Source: Octopus sinensis
Lineage: Eukaryota
Reading direction: 5' to 3'
DNA: 64,000 nt
NCBI RefSeq assembly: GCF_006345805.1
Contig: NC_042999.1
Span: forward strand, 159,216,001-159,280,000
A program made the translations under genes and the position numbers. Shown in pieces: positions 1 to 11,869 of this stretch; the stretch's first letter is position 1, and each line of letters opens with the position of its first letter. A model generated the notes under the pieces. The model was not told the DNA's origin. It did not search any database and saw only the letters and a list, made by a program, of their open reading frames with translations.

Positions 1-68
1 AGTGGGACTGAACCCGGAACCATGTGGTTGGTTAGCAAGCTACTTACCACACAGCCACTCCTGCGCCT
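1..68 (-). mobile_element. SINE family A head (cut by window edge)
   Basis: Reverse complement of the tRNA-like head. Confidence 0.8.
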
Positions 69-208
69 AGTTATGTTATATTTATAATCTCTTGTTGTTT
101 TTTTTCTCTTAAAACAACAGTATATCAATGAAACATGTATGATTCTTACGTTCTCCAAATAAATGAACATCGTTTCCTAGTAGACATTTTGGCGTCATTA
201 AAATTATA

Positions 209-713
209 TCTATATATATAAAACTCTGGTTGTGTGAGTGTCTGTCCCCTTCGATTTAGATTCCTAACTCCTCCCACATTTTGCGGTGCAGTTTAACCAA
301 ATTCGGGTATCTTATAGTCGTGATTCATATCGAGGCCGTCTGACTATTAGCGCGCGTCAACGATGAGTCTACGATTTTAAAATAATTTAACATCATTTTT
401 TATTCCATTTTAATGCATAAAATGCATCGTATGTCGATGGTGGCGGAGTTGGCGTCCACGCTCACAGCTGCACCTGTTTGCTTCTCCCCCTTCCCTCCCT
501 CGTGAAGCTGTGGGGAAGGGAGTGTAAAGAAATCAACGTCGTAATGCGTTGTGAAGGAAACCAGCGTTCTTTTAGAACAACGACTTCATGGCTTGAAGAC
601 ACCAAAACAAAAATGGCTAAGAAAGCCCGAATTTATAAGGGAAGTAACTCTCTAAAAATGCTTATATAGTTATTTCCCTTACAAACCCGAGCAACGCCGG
701 GCGATACTGCTAG
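209..713 (+). mobile_element. Non-autonomous Helitron, copy 1
   Basis: 5' TC(TATATATATAAAA), subterminal hairpin CCCGAGCAACGCCGGG (686-701), 3' CTAG, inserted between A208 and T714 with no TSD. Confidence 0.85.
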
Positions 714-1840
714 TTTACTTATAATCCGTTTTAGATTAGTAGCGTTTCTATACACTTCTATAAAAGCGGGATATGTTACAAACTTTTGTAATTCTTCAAC
801 TTTGAAAAGTTGTAAAATTTCAATAGATTAAAGTATTAACTTTTGTTTTTCAATTTTGTAAATTATTTTTATGTTTTATTTGTGGAATTCAATGATGGTT
901 CAAGAAGTTAAAATTAATCTTAACATTTTAGTCTGTATAATGCCTTTTTTTCCACAACCAGAATCAATTACTGCATTGTATGCAACTCTCTCTCTCTCTC
1001 TCTCTATTCCATTTTATTCTATTCTATTCTGTTCTCTGAACTCTCATCATCTATGCTGTTGCATCTTTTCAAATTCTGAGCTATACAATTTGTCTCATTA
1101 TTCCTCAGGAAAACGATTTTATGACCAAGTCAAACACAGTGTTCACTCTAATATGTTGATCACGTAAAGAGTATTGATATTTCACCTCATTTTCAGAAAA
1201 ATGAATACTGATATGGGTACTAGAAAAAGACGGTTTAAAGTGTTTTTTGCTTTTGTTTTTTGTATTTTTTTGTTTTATTTTCAGAAAATAAATTCTGTCG
1301 AGATTGAATTTACTTTTCTTTTTTATAACACTGATATGAACAATACTGATTTCAAATTTTAGCACAAGGACAGCAAGTTTGTGGGAGGGGATAAGTTGAT
1401 ATCATCGATCCCAACACTCAACTGATCTTATCGACCCCGAAAGTATGAAAGGTGAACGTAAAGACGGACGAAACGCCGCTAAACATTTTGTCCGACGTAC
1501 GCAAGATTCTGCCAGATTACCGTCTTTTTTATAAGAATAATTTTAACATTATACTGACGTTTATGTGACAATACATTACTGCCCAAAAATTCGATTTTTG
1601 TCAACAGCATGGATTAGTTTTGATAGAAGCAGTCATTTGAGATATTTCCACAATATCAGAAAATTATTATAAAACTTAGGTCTAAGTGTTCAGTTTTATA
1701 ATAATAATCAAATATACTTTCATTGCTAAAACAACTATAGTCATTAGATTGATGCCTTAGCATAGCGGCAGAAATGTGTGTGTGTGTGTGTGCATGTATG
1801 TGCGTGTATACATACATACACACATATGTATATATATCTA

Positions 1841-1882
<42 letters not shown>

Positions 1883-2118
1883 GGAGTAAACACATAAATG
1901 TGAAACAAGGTGGACAAAAGAGGTGTAGCGTTTGTAAGAGTCTAGATTGAATTGATATATCGGTTCCATTCTAGCAAAAACTGTCTGATATATATACACA
2001 CATATATCTATCTATCTATCTATATATATATATATATAGATATATGTGTGTATCTGAGTTTCAGATGCCGAAGTGGAAATCCACAACACCATCTCTTCGG
2101 TTATCTGGTTAAATAGCT

Positions 2119-2181
2119 AGATAACCGAAGAGATGGTGTTGTGGATTTCCACTTCGGCATCTGAAACTCAGAGTTTTATCT
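2119..2181 (+). ncRNA. Hammerhead-like motif, variant core (further copies at 2323-2385 minus, 2398-2460 plus, and truncated 2053-2106 minus)
   Basis: P1 AGATAA/TTATCT; core CCGAAGA (U4C change); P2 GATG/CATC plus one extra T; GAAA; P3 ACTCAGAGT; GUU triplet. Confidence 0.6.
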
Positions 2182-2234
2182 TGACTATCGAGTAATGTAA
2201 CATATTATTGTATATATATATATATATATGTATG

Positions 2235-2265
<31 letters not shown>

Positions 2266-2558
2266 CGTACATATATATATATATATATATATACAATAAT
2301 ATGTTACATTACTCGATAGTCAAGATAAAACTCTGAGTTTCAGATGCCGAAGTGGAAATCCACAACACCATCTCTTCGGTTATCTAGCTATTTAACCAGA
2401 TAACCGAAGAGATGGTGTTGTGGATTTCCACTTCGGCATCTGAAACTCAGAGTTTTATCTTGACTATCGAGAAATGTAACATATTATTGTATAGATAAAT
2501 TCCTCTATTTACATAATATTGAGGTCTCTTTCTTTCTTTTGTTATCTTACCGTTTTAT

Positions 2559-2600
<42 letters not shown>

Positions 2601-2732
2601 TATATAAATATAACAATTTAGGAATGGCCTAAACAGGCCATTCGTCCACCAGAAAGAGCAGCCAGAACTCCAACCGCCAAGTAGTGCAATTCGGAAATAA
2701 GGTGAAAATTTAAAAACGTTTACCCTAATTCA

Positions 2733-2833
2733 TCTTTTATACGATGCATCGTTTCAGTGTCTTTAATGATAGACCAGCTTAATTAAATTAAATTAAGCTA
2801 GTCTACCATAGGTCACACTTCATCAGTAAAAGA
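2733..2833 (-). ncRNA. Type I hammerhead ribozyme, second copy on the minus (TMTC-sense) strand
   Basis: Near-identical reverse complement of 3294-3393 with the same intact core. Confidence 0.85.
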
Positions 2834-3293
2834 AACCTGGGAGAGACGGATATACACGAGGCGACTGTATCAATGCCTCGGGAATATCTGTCTTAAAATT
2901 TTCAAGACCAACGCATTCGCGCCAAACTTATCGGCAGCAAATATAACTGCCGATTCAATCTCAGAATTAGTCAGAAAATTATCAATTAATCAATTTAGGG
3001 TAGCAAAAAATTCAGTAAAAATTTATCGCTACCAGCGGCCTAGTGGAAAAGAGAAAATAGTCAAAGACTAAATATATATGAATATAACAATTTAGGAATG
3101 GCCTAAACAGGCCATTCGTCCACCAGAAAGAGCAGCCAGAACTCCAACCGCCAAGTAGTGCAATTCGGAAATAAGGTGAAAATTTAAAAACGTTTACCCT
3201 AATTCATCTTTTATACGATGCATCGTATAAAAGATGAAGATATTCCCGAGGCATTGATACAGTCGCCTCGTGTATATCCGTCTCTCCCAGGCT

Positions 3294-3393
3294 TCTTTTA
3301 CTGATGAAGTGTGACCTATGGTAGACTAGCTTAATTTAATTTAATTAAGCTGGTCTATCATTAAGACACTGAAACGATGCATCGTATAAAAGA
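3294..3393 (+). ncRNA. Type I hammerhead ribozyme, intact core
   Basis: P1 TCTTTTA/TAAAAGA; core CTGATGA (3301-3307); P2 AGTGT/ACACT closing a long hairpin; GAAA (3371-3374); palindromic P3 ACGATGCATCGT; GUA cleavage triplet with predicted cut after 3386. Confidence 0.85.
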
Positions 3394-3617
3394 TGAATTA
3401 GGGTAAACGTTTTTAAATTTTCACCTTATTTCCGAATTGCACTACTTGGCGGTTGGAGTTCTGGCTGCTCTTTCTGGGGACGAATGGCCTGTTTAGGCCA
3501 TTCCTAAATTGTTATATTTATATATATTTAGTCTTTGACTATTTTCTCTTTTCCACTAGGCCGCTGGTAGCGATAAACTTTTACTGAATTTTTTGCTACC
3601 CTAAATTGATTAATATA

Positions 3618-3701
<84 letters not shown>

Positions 3702-6700
3702 TATGAGGCTGGTATGTTAATCATATCACTGCATTTCAAAATTTATTCGGTTTTAAAACTTATGTGATAAGATTTGGTCACGTATAGAAATGAAATGACT
3801 GAGCGGGTTTCACTAATTAAACACATTAAACTTTCTGATCTTACTCTTCGGTTACTAAAATTTACCATATACAAGTTCAATTTAAGAACATATTTTTAGT
3901 GATACCAAACCAAAACGTTCTCGATTTCACAGTTCTACACTTGGTAAACTACCTGTTTAAATCTAGGCGAACATTACTTAGTAGAGATTATTGTTAAAAA
4001 TTTGAAGATCAACCTATATGGAAACAACGTAGCAAAAATCGATCTGAAGTTTATGTTTTGGGTCCCTTACTGAGTTGTTTAATTATACTATTTAGAGGCA
4101 CCGTACTGAGTGGTAAGTTTCGGGACTAAACACGAAATTTGATTCCAGTGAAAACGTTGGTCATACCATGAAAAAAAATCATAAACATTTTCATATCTCC
4201 TATATATAAGACACAGTTTGATGAGTTTTCGTGCAAAGAAAAAAAATCGTTTTATATCTGTTTGATAACAATTTGTATCTTTTTCTTAATCTTATGAAGC
4301 AAGTAACAATGACATTAACAAAAGAAACACTAAGATTCGTATTTAGATTTTTTATTGAAGTATTCTACAGGCAGTGAAATATCAAAGATTATCCATAAAA
4401 AAATCAATAGAAAATATCTCTTAATATTAAAAAGTTAGGTATCGATTCTATAAACAAAATTTTGCACATACCTTTATTTATCTTCTAAAAACAAAATTGT
4501 TACCTTATCGTTTTCTTTCTTTCTTTCTTTTTTGGTTTCCAGTTTTTTTAATCTGTCCCTATGTGCATACAACAAAGGTTATGCACATTATTTTTTTCCT
4601 GTCTTTTACATTTTTCCTTCCTAATACATTTGCGGAGAATTAAGCTTCGTTTATACCTGGGATAAGTCAACGAAAACTATTTGCCTGATCATATTTCAAA
4701 GCATACTAAAATTGTCGTGGTAAATAGATTTTGGTACTACCACTTATATATTTCTCGCTCTCAAAGGAGTAACTAGCTTTTCACTGAAGTGAAATGCTTC
4801 ATGCTGTGGTTCGTATACCTGATCCATAAGAAATGAAACAAAGTCAAACCGATTTCTTCACTAACATTCCACTGATTTCCAATTGATATCCTTCAGGTGT
4901 TTTCACATACTTCCTATTTAAGTCTATCAACTACTATAACATCAATTGCTAAATCTTTTCGTCGTTAAGGGCCAGAGAATTGAAGATTACTGCCTGCATT
5001 TGGTGGATGCACAGTTGAATGCCTCGTTTTGCTGGGATAGAAATACTTGTATCCAGTTTTTCATATTTAACGGTGATTTCCTTTCTGAAGGCTTCTTGTC
5101 CGAAGTTGTACCGAATGTAAACTTTAAATCGCTTTTTGGCTTACATAAACAATCAATGCTATTGTTAAGACATAAAGGCACAACTCTGCAAACAGTTGAC
5201 AATTGAGTTGATACAAGTGGGATTGAACTAGATCATGTTGAATACCTGATATATACGTGGATTGCAGAAAGCCATCAATCACCAAAGTAGCTGTTGAGGT
5301 CTTTGTGTCGAATCCCGGTTGAAAAGAATGCGGAACTCATCTCCCAACATATGTAAGAAAGAAAATGAAAAAGAAAAAAATCTTGCAGAGTCATTCAATA
5401 AATTTAGAAGAAAACTGGGAACCACACAAACAAACAATTAGGTAATATTTTGTTTTGTGAAAGAATGTGCAAAGTTATGCGTTTATTGCATCTCTGTCTG
5501 ACTTGTTAATATTGGTTTCAAATTTGGCCAACAATTTCGGCGGAGAGAATAAGTCGATTACATCGAACTCAGTGCTTAAATAATACTCATTTTATTGACC
5601 CCAAAATGATGAGCGACATAGTCGACCTTAGCGGGTTTTGAACACAACGTCAACTCGGAAGAAATAATGGGAAGCCTTTTTCTCTATGCGCTAACAATTC
5701 TGCCAGCTCACAGCCAAACCTGATATGTTTAATATTGGTTTCCAATTTTGACACAAGGCCGGCAATTGGATGGAACGGGGCGAGTCGATTACATTGATCC
5801 TAGTGCTCAATTGGTACTTAGGTTATCGATACTGAAATGATGAAAGACAAAGTCGACCTCTGTAGAATTTTCCTGGCTTAAGAGAGAAATTTCACCTGAC
5901 ATCAAGAGAGAAAAGGTTACGCTTACAAGTGACAGAGAATAAAATACAAAATAGTCGCCCAATATGTAGAAATGAACTAACAATGAATTAAAAGAACAAT
6001 AAAGACAGAAAGAAAAGCACCATTATTGCTTTTATATATTTTATGAAATATTTCAAACATACTATCCATGATGAATACTAAGTACTGACTTTTGCGCCAA
6101 AGAGTTATTAAACCATATCATATATAACAATGATTTACGTGTTGGTTTCGTATCTTCTCTCACGAAGGACATTTTAATTCTTTTCATTCAGTTTCGGTTA
6201 TATATTCCGTCCACCTTATTCATAATATTTAACTAAAGCCCGTTTGCGCATAGAATTATAAAATCAATAAAATGCATCGGATATATGTACTGTAACCTTT
6301 ACTAGAAAAAATATATAAGTAGGAATGAATAAAAATAAAAGAAAAAATTAAATATTTATTTATTCCGAGTGCAATTTTCTTATACTTTCTCTATTTCATC
6401 AGTTCAAAACCACTGAATTGCCGATGTAGTAGAATCTTTCGAGTGTGGAAGAAATGCATTATAATATTTCTTCCAGCATTTTAGTTCTAAGATGAAATCA
6501 CGTGAAAGTCAACTTTGCCTTCAGTATTTTAGGAGTCGATAACAGAAAGTACAAGTCAAACGCAGGAACTAATGATGTTGGCTAAGTTGTTTCCCATCAA
6601 GACTGTTGGTCATGCGACTTAGTTAAAAGTAACATTTTCAGTCTAGTTTCTTCTGTTACGAATTACAAAATATACAGATTGCTGGATGGTTCTGCTTAGA

Positions 6701-6789
6701 TTTCCAATTACAACCAATTAAATCCTTCTGCGAGACTTATTATTTCAAATGAACATGGTTACAGGCTGGCATGTAACTTTGAGTGTTTG

Positions 6790-6828
<39 letters not shown>

Positions 6829-7004
6829 ACATGTGTGTGTTTGCACCTGTGTGTGTGTATGTTTATGTGTAATTATCACCGTCAAGTTCGAGTTATTAAG
6901 AATTCCCCTTTACAAGCAAACAAGCAACGGATTCATTGACTTATCATCATCGAAGCCATCTTCGTCCCACTACGGCCTCATATATATATATACGCAAACA
7001 CACC

Positions 7005-7067
<63 letters not shown>

Positions 7068-7424
7068 GTTATATATATATACGAAGGGATGTTGAAAATT
7101 TCAATATATTCCCCTCTTATATTTACGTATTTATTGCAGCGGTCCTTCAATTTTTCCAAGTCCTGTAAAAGAACTCGACAAGTTGGGCCTCCAGCCACGC
7201 CTTTCGCGATACACTTAAAACCAGGAACTTCACACCAGCCCCTCGTGTATATTTGCGTGGCTTTATGCGTGTATGCATAGCATGTGGCCGTGTGAACAAA
7301 TATATTATATGCATGGAAACGTTTAAGTATATGCAAGTAATCATATCCATGCATATAAGGCATTTATGCACATAGCCGCCCATGCGTTTATAATAATATG
7401 TCACTGAGAATGAAAATTGCAACA

Positions 7425-7830
7425 TTCTGTGGGAGGCAGTGATTCAGTGCGATCACCTGACCAGATATCAGAAATCTGACATTTTTGTGGGAAAAAAGAA
7501 AAAACGAACAGGCATGATAATCGACATAGCATATACCGGTGACAACAGAATCAAAGAGAAAGAAAGAGAACTGAACAACGATTTGAAGTTGGAAATACAA
7601 AGGTTGTGGTCAATGAGAGTAGACGTGATACCAATAGCACTTGGCGCACTTGGAAATATCAGCACTCAACTACCAACCTAGCTCAAAAATGTTAGTACAA
7701 ATGTAACAGTAGAACACCTACAAATAGCATTTCTTGGAACTGCGAGAATTCTTCGCAGGGTTCTTGAAGCATGATAAGTAAAGAAGTGTCACGTTAGTCT
7801 GCTGGTTTTGGACAGCTGACGACAACAACA
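7425..7830 (+). mobile_element. 3' end of a restriction-like-endonuclease non-LTR retrotransposon (R4/Dong/NeSL-type), decayed
   Basis: 'KSDIFV...MIIDIAYTGD.RIKEKE...DLKLEIQRLW...VIPIALGALG' is a PD-(D/E)xK-type C-terminus; followed by a (CAA)n tail. Confidence 0.75.
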
Positions 7831-8149
7831 ACAATAAAAATATCACTTTTGCTATTATTTTGAGAGAGTGAGCAACACATATATTAAAGTGTCATAGGGA
7901 TACAAATATACGAATCCCAATATACCCATTGTGACTACCCGTCTGATAAGAGTACACAAAGCACATGGATCACAACCATATGTGGTGTACGTGACATAGT
8001 GGTCTTATATCAAGGTAAACAGCGCATAAACTTTTAGGTGGGGCCAGTTAGAAATTTCTTCAAGTCGAGTAGCCCAATCACGCTCTGAAGGTCTTTGAAT
8101 AAGGCTTGTTTGTGGATGTTGAATGAAACAATCTTGTTTCCAGTAGTGA

Positions 8150-8831
8150 ATTATTCAAACCAAAAAAAACCCTCTCAGCACATAGTTATAATGTTCTCAC
8201 ACTAGTGATCAGAGATGCACATATCGTCAGCCACCAACTGGTTACGGTCAAACAACTAATAAGCAAATCAGTGGTCTTGAGCAGAATATTTGCTGTAGCC
8301 CATCTTAAATACCAAGACAAAACAATGCACATGATAACACTTCCGCAATACGGACAAATCCCCCTCAGTGAACATATAGAAAAATGTGCAGGTAACATCA
8401 AACCAAATTTTACAGTCCTTATTTCTACCAGTGCAAAGACGCAATCTCTCAACTAGAACGTTTAAATAAAGAAACTGTTTTCATTGAAAAATGCAAAACA
8501 CGTCTTAATATGAACACATAACCAACTTTTATCGTTTTACATATTTCAATTCACGATTGCATCACTGTACATAAATCCCCTTACTAAACAAGGTTTTTGA
8601 AACTTGTCTCTGTATGTACACATATATATCCTCCACCCATTACCGAAAGCTGAACAGTTATCTCCCTTACCCACAACAATAACAATAATAACGACAACCA
8701 ATTACCTCCCTTTATCTATATACTTGTGAAGTTTCATCACACACATGGACAAAATTTCTTCTTAAGAAAACATATATATTTAATAAGTAAAACATAATAT
8801 CATGAATAGCGACAGCGAAACCGGTCGATAT
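8150..8831 (+). mobile_element. Penelope-like element 3' remnant (GIY-YIG end) with hammerhead relic
   Basis: 'PQYGQIPLSEHIEKCAGNIKPNF' is homologous to the adjacent 9180-9905 copy. Relic ATATC-atgaata-GCGACAGC-GAAA-CCGG-TC-GATAT at 8797-8831. Confidence 0.65.
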
Positions 8832-8982
8832 ATTAAAAATTATATTAAAACTGTGTACGTGTACGTATTTTCCTTTTCTAATTTCTTATATGCATTACAA
8901 CTCACCACGTGGGGATAATCGAAATTCCTCTTTTCTGTTATATATACGTATGTATGTATGTATGTATGTATGTATATATATA

Positions 8983-9083
<101 letters not shown>

Positions 9084-9179
9084 ATCTGACTGCCTCCTTT
9101 TTCTCCACGCATACAATGAAACCTTCAACATTATCATAGAAAACCTACCTATTCTCACAGGAGATAATATAATGAACAA

Positions 9180-9905
9180 AATTTTAGACTCACGCAAAAT
9201 TTTCAAGAGTAAAATTCAACCGAAATCATTGAAAAGACTATTAACCAACGCAAGACTATATCCATTAATAACTGAACCAAAAGTGAAAAAATGCGGTCGG
9301 TCTAACTCTGGCACTTGCCCCTATCTTTTGGAGGGTACAGAGTTCTAATTTAAACAAGGTGAAATATTTAAGATTGAATCAAATTTTATTTGTGCCTCGG
9401 AAAATCTAACGTATGCCATTACCTGATTAGGGTGCGGTAATCAATATATTAGCCAATGGAAATATCAATCCGTAGAAGAACCACCCTTCACAAAGAACAA
9501 ATCTACCACCCACAATACAGACAGATACACATCAATGAACACATAGAAAGGTGTGCTAGGAAACTTAATCCTAACTTCCTAATTCTCCCCTTCTATCAAT
9601 ATTCAGGGAACAGCTCAGTACAGCAAAGAATGAGCAAGGAGGCAACTTTCATCAATAAATTCTACCCACAACTTAACATGAACACATAACATAATACAGA
9701 ACACTACTAAATTTACAAATAATACCACTAACTTCCATACATTCCATACACCATTCTTATCATCTACCCTAACTGCACCACATCCAGAACTACTTACCTC
9801 CCTTACACATAATCGTTTTACTCAGGGACTAGTAGACCCAACACCACTTGATAATTGGTGCGCATTCAAAGCCAGTCAACAGCAACTGTCGAAACCGGTA
9901 TGACA
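9180..9905 (+). mobile_element. Penelope-like element 3' remnant (Cys-rich linker plus GIY-YIG endonuclease)
   Basis: 'CGRSNSGTCPY...FICASENLTYAIT..GCGNQYI...LHKEQI.HPQYRQIHINEHIERC...FINKFYPQLN'. Hammerhead relic GTCA...GAAACCGGTATGAC at 9875-9904. Confidence 0.75.
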
Positions 9906-10101
9906 TTGAATCTCTTTAACAATTCATAATAATGACTTTTATTAGACTTCATTCTACCACAGTTCATCTAATTGTATATATTCATATTACTTTTCATTAA
10001 AAAACCTTTATTTTTTTATATCCAACGTGCATTTTGCTTTTTTTTTCTTACTTTCCCCATATCTCTTCCACGTGTAGTTTCTACTTTTGAAATATATTTC
10101 T

Positions 10102-10140
<39 letters not shown>

Positions 10141-10319
10141 GACGCAGTTAGAATTTTGGGTAATCCTTTATAAGCGCTTTCATTTGTTTTTCGAATTCAT
10201 CACAACAAAATTGACTTCAAGTGTTCGAAAAAAGAACGAAAGCGCTAAAACACGATTGTCCGAAATTCTGACTGCCTGCTTTTTCTCAATATACAATATC
10301 TGTACACCACTTCAAACAT

Positions 10320-10377
<58 letters not shown>

Positions 10378-10693
10378 GTGTGTGTGTATGTGTGTGTAAT
10401 AAAACATATATCAAGAAAGAAGCACACTCTAAAGAATAGAGCAGTAATTATAACAACGAACATTAAAATCTTGGACGTAAAGTTACCAAAGGTTTCGTAT
10501 CCGCAAAGCCGAAATCTCGTGGTCATCTCTTCATACTGTATACAAACTCAAAGCATCTACTTTTTCTACGTTGCAGACATGGGGCTATACTCAGAAATCG
10601 AGATATAATCTTAACATATAAAAAAACGTTAATGAGGACAGGTTGTTTCCCCTAGACCAGAGGATATAACAACCCTTATAGACCCGAAAAGAC

Positions 10694-11560
10694 TTAACTA
10701 GCAAACGGGGTGATCCAGTTTTCCAGTAGGTAACGTTTGAAGTGGACACATTTAGAAAACACTTGTTTGTGACAATTTAACGTGCCAGGCTTAGTATAGT
10801 CCTTAATAATTTCTGCGATGCAGATTTGGCAGGGTTTAGTCCCATTACTATATGGGCCTGAACGATCTAATATTTTCCACCTGATATCACACAACATCCC
10901 ATGATCTTTGAGGTGTCACACATGGCGGGCCAGGGACGTTACACACCATCTTTCTGAACTCTGAAAGATGACTGGTGGTTGTGGAAGCGACGTTTAAAAG
11001 ATGAAATTGCAGATCCAATATATTTACAAACTTGGGATGTACCCATATTCGAAATCCTGATATATCTCTCATCGGCTCCGGGCCTGGGGATGCTATTGGC
11101 AACAGCGTTGCTGACGTAGTTAATGTGGTGCAAGGATCCGGCGGTGTTATCGCCGTGGATATCGCTACTGGTCATATGGTTGGTGATGTATCTGCCAGCG
11201 TTTGTACGGGTGCGGCCAATAGTAACATATGGAGCGGAGCCGGGCATCCCATCGGTGTCGAAGATAATTGTTTGGTCATCATCTGTAGTGGCAGTATTGG
11301 GAACGCCGGATAGCTCCCCTATGTCGCTGTTCCTGGGTTGATCATCATCTCTGTGTGGCGACTTTACTGGTGGTAACATATCGTGCAGGGCTGGTCACTC
11401 TATCTATGTCTATGACATCGTTTTGTTTATCGTCTGTGGTGGTGGCACTGGGGTCATCGTATATGCTCTCTGTAACGCTAATCCCAGACTGATCATCATC
11501 TCTGGGTGATTCTACTGGCGTGAGATCTGGTTAATCCGCCAATATTGTTGCTGGATCGTA
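10694..11560 (-). mobile_element. Penelope-like element fragment (GIY-YIG C-terminus) with low-complexity upstream region
   Basis: 'KYIGSAISSFKRRFHNHQSSFR' followed by 'IRWKILDRSGPYSNGTKPCQIC...FSKCVHFKRYLL' (ORFs 10939..11379 and 10694..10897). Confidence 0.7.
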
Positions 11561-11869
11561 CATTGTTTGTAATGTGGATACCAAGTCTAGGTATCACCAT
11601 AGCTTCATAGTTGACTCCTTCAGCCTCGCATCAGCCTCCTACTGGACATTTATTATATACCCTGTATATGTATGTAATCACATGAATAATAACAGATGAT
11701 GTATAATTGTCAGCTCATTATAGCTGTTTCTTACGCATTATTAATAGAAGAATGAGAACACTTCTTCAGTACAAAAAACAAAACGTAATGATCAGATGAA
11801 ACGTAATTTTACAAACAAAAGAACATCCCAAGAATGCAGCAGGGACGTGGCTGAAGACTGTCGAGGCTA

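Larger units (their letters stand above)
2611..3612. mobile_element. Hammerhead-bearing ~474-bp repeat unit (retrozyme-like or Penelope pseudo-LTR-derived) in tandem plus inverted arrangement
   Basis: The unit starts at 2611 and restarts at 3085. It folds back at 3220/3221 and continues as an inverted copy over 3239-3612. Flanked by (TA)n. Confidence 0.7.

Noticed and set aside
1990-3620. CRISPR-like array interpretation of the repeated units
   Set aside because: No constant repeat with unique spacers and no cas genes; the context is eukaryotic and intronic.
4987-5330. Short coding-like ORFs on both strands
   Set aside because: No motifs or supportable splice structure.
6749-7363. ORF-track entries rich in YI/CV/HT/MYVC repeats (here and throughout the window)
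   Set aside because: They are translations of (TA)n, (TG)n and (TATG)n microsatellites or of SINE bodies.
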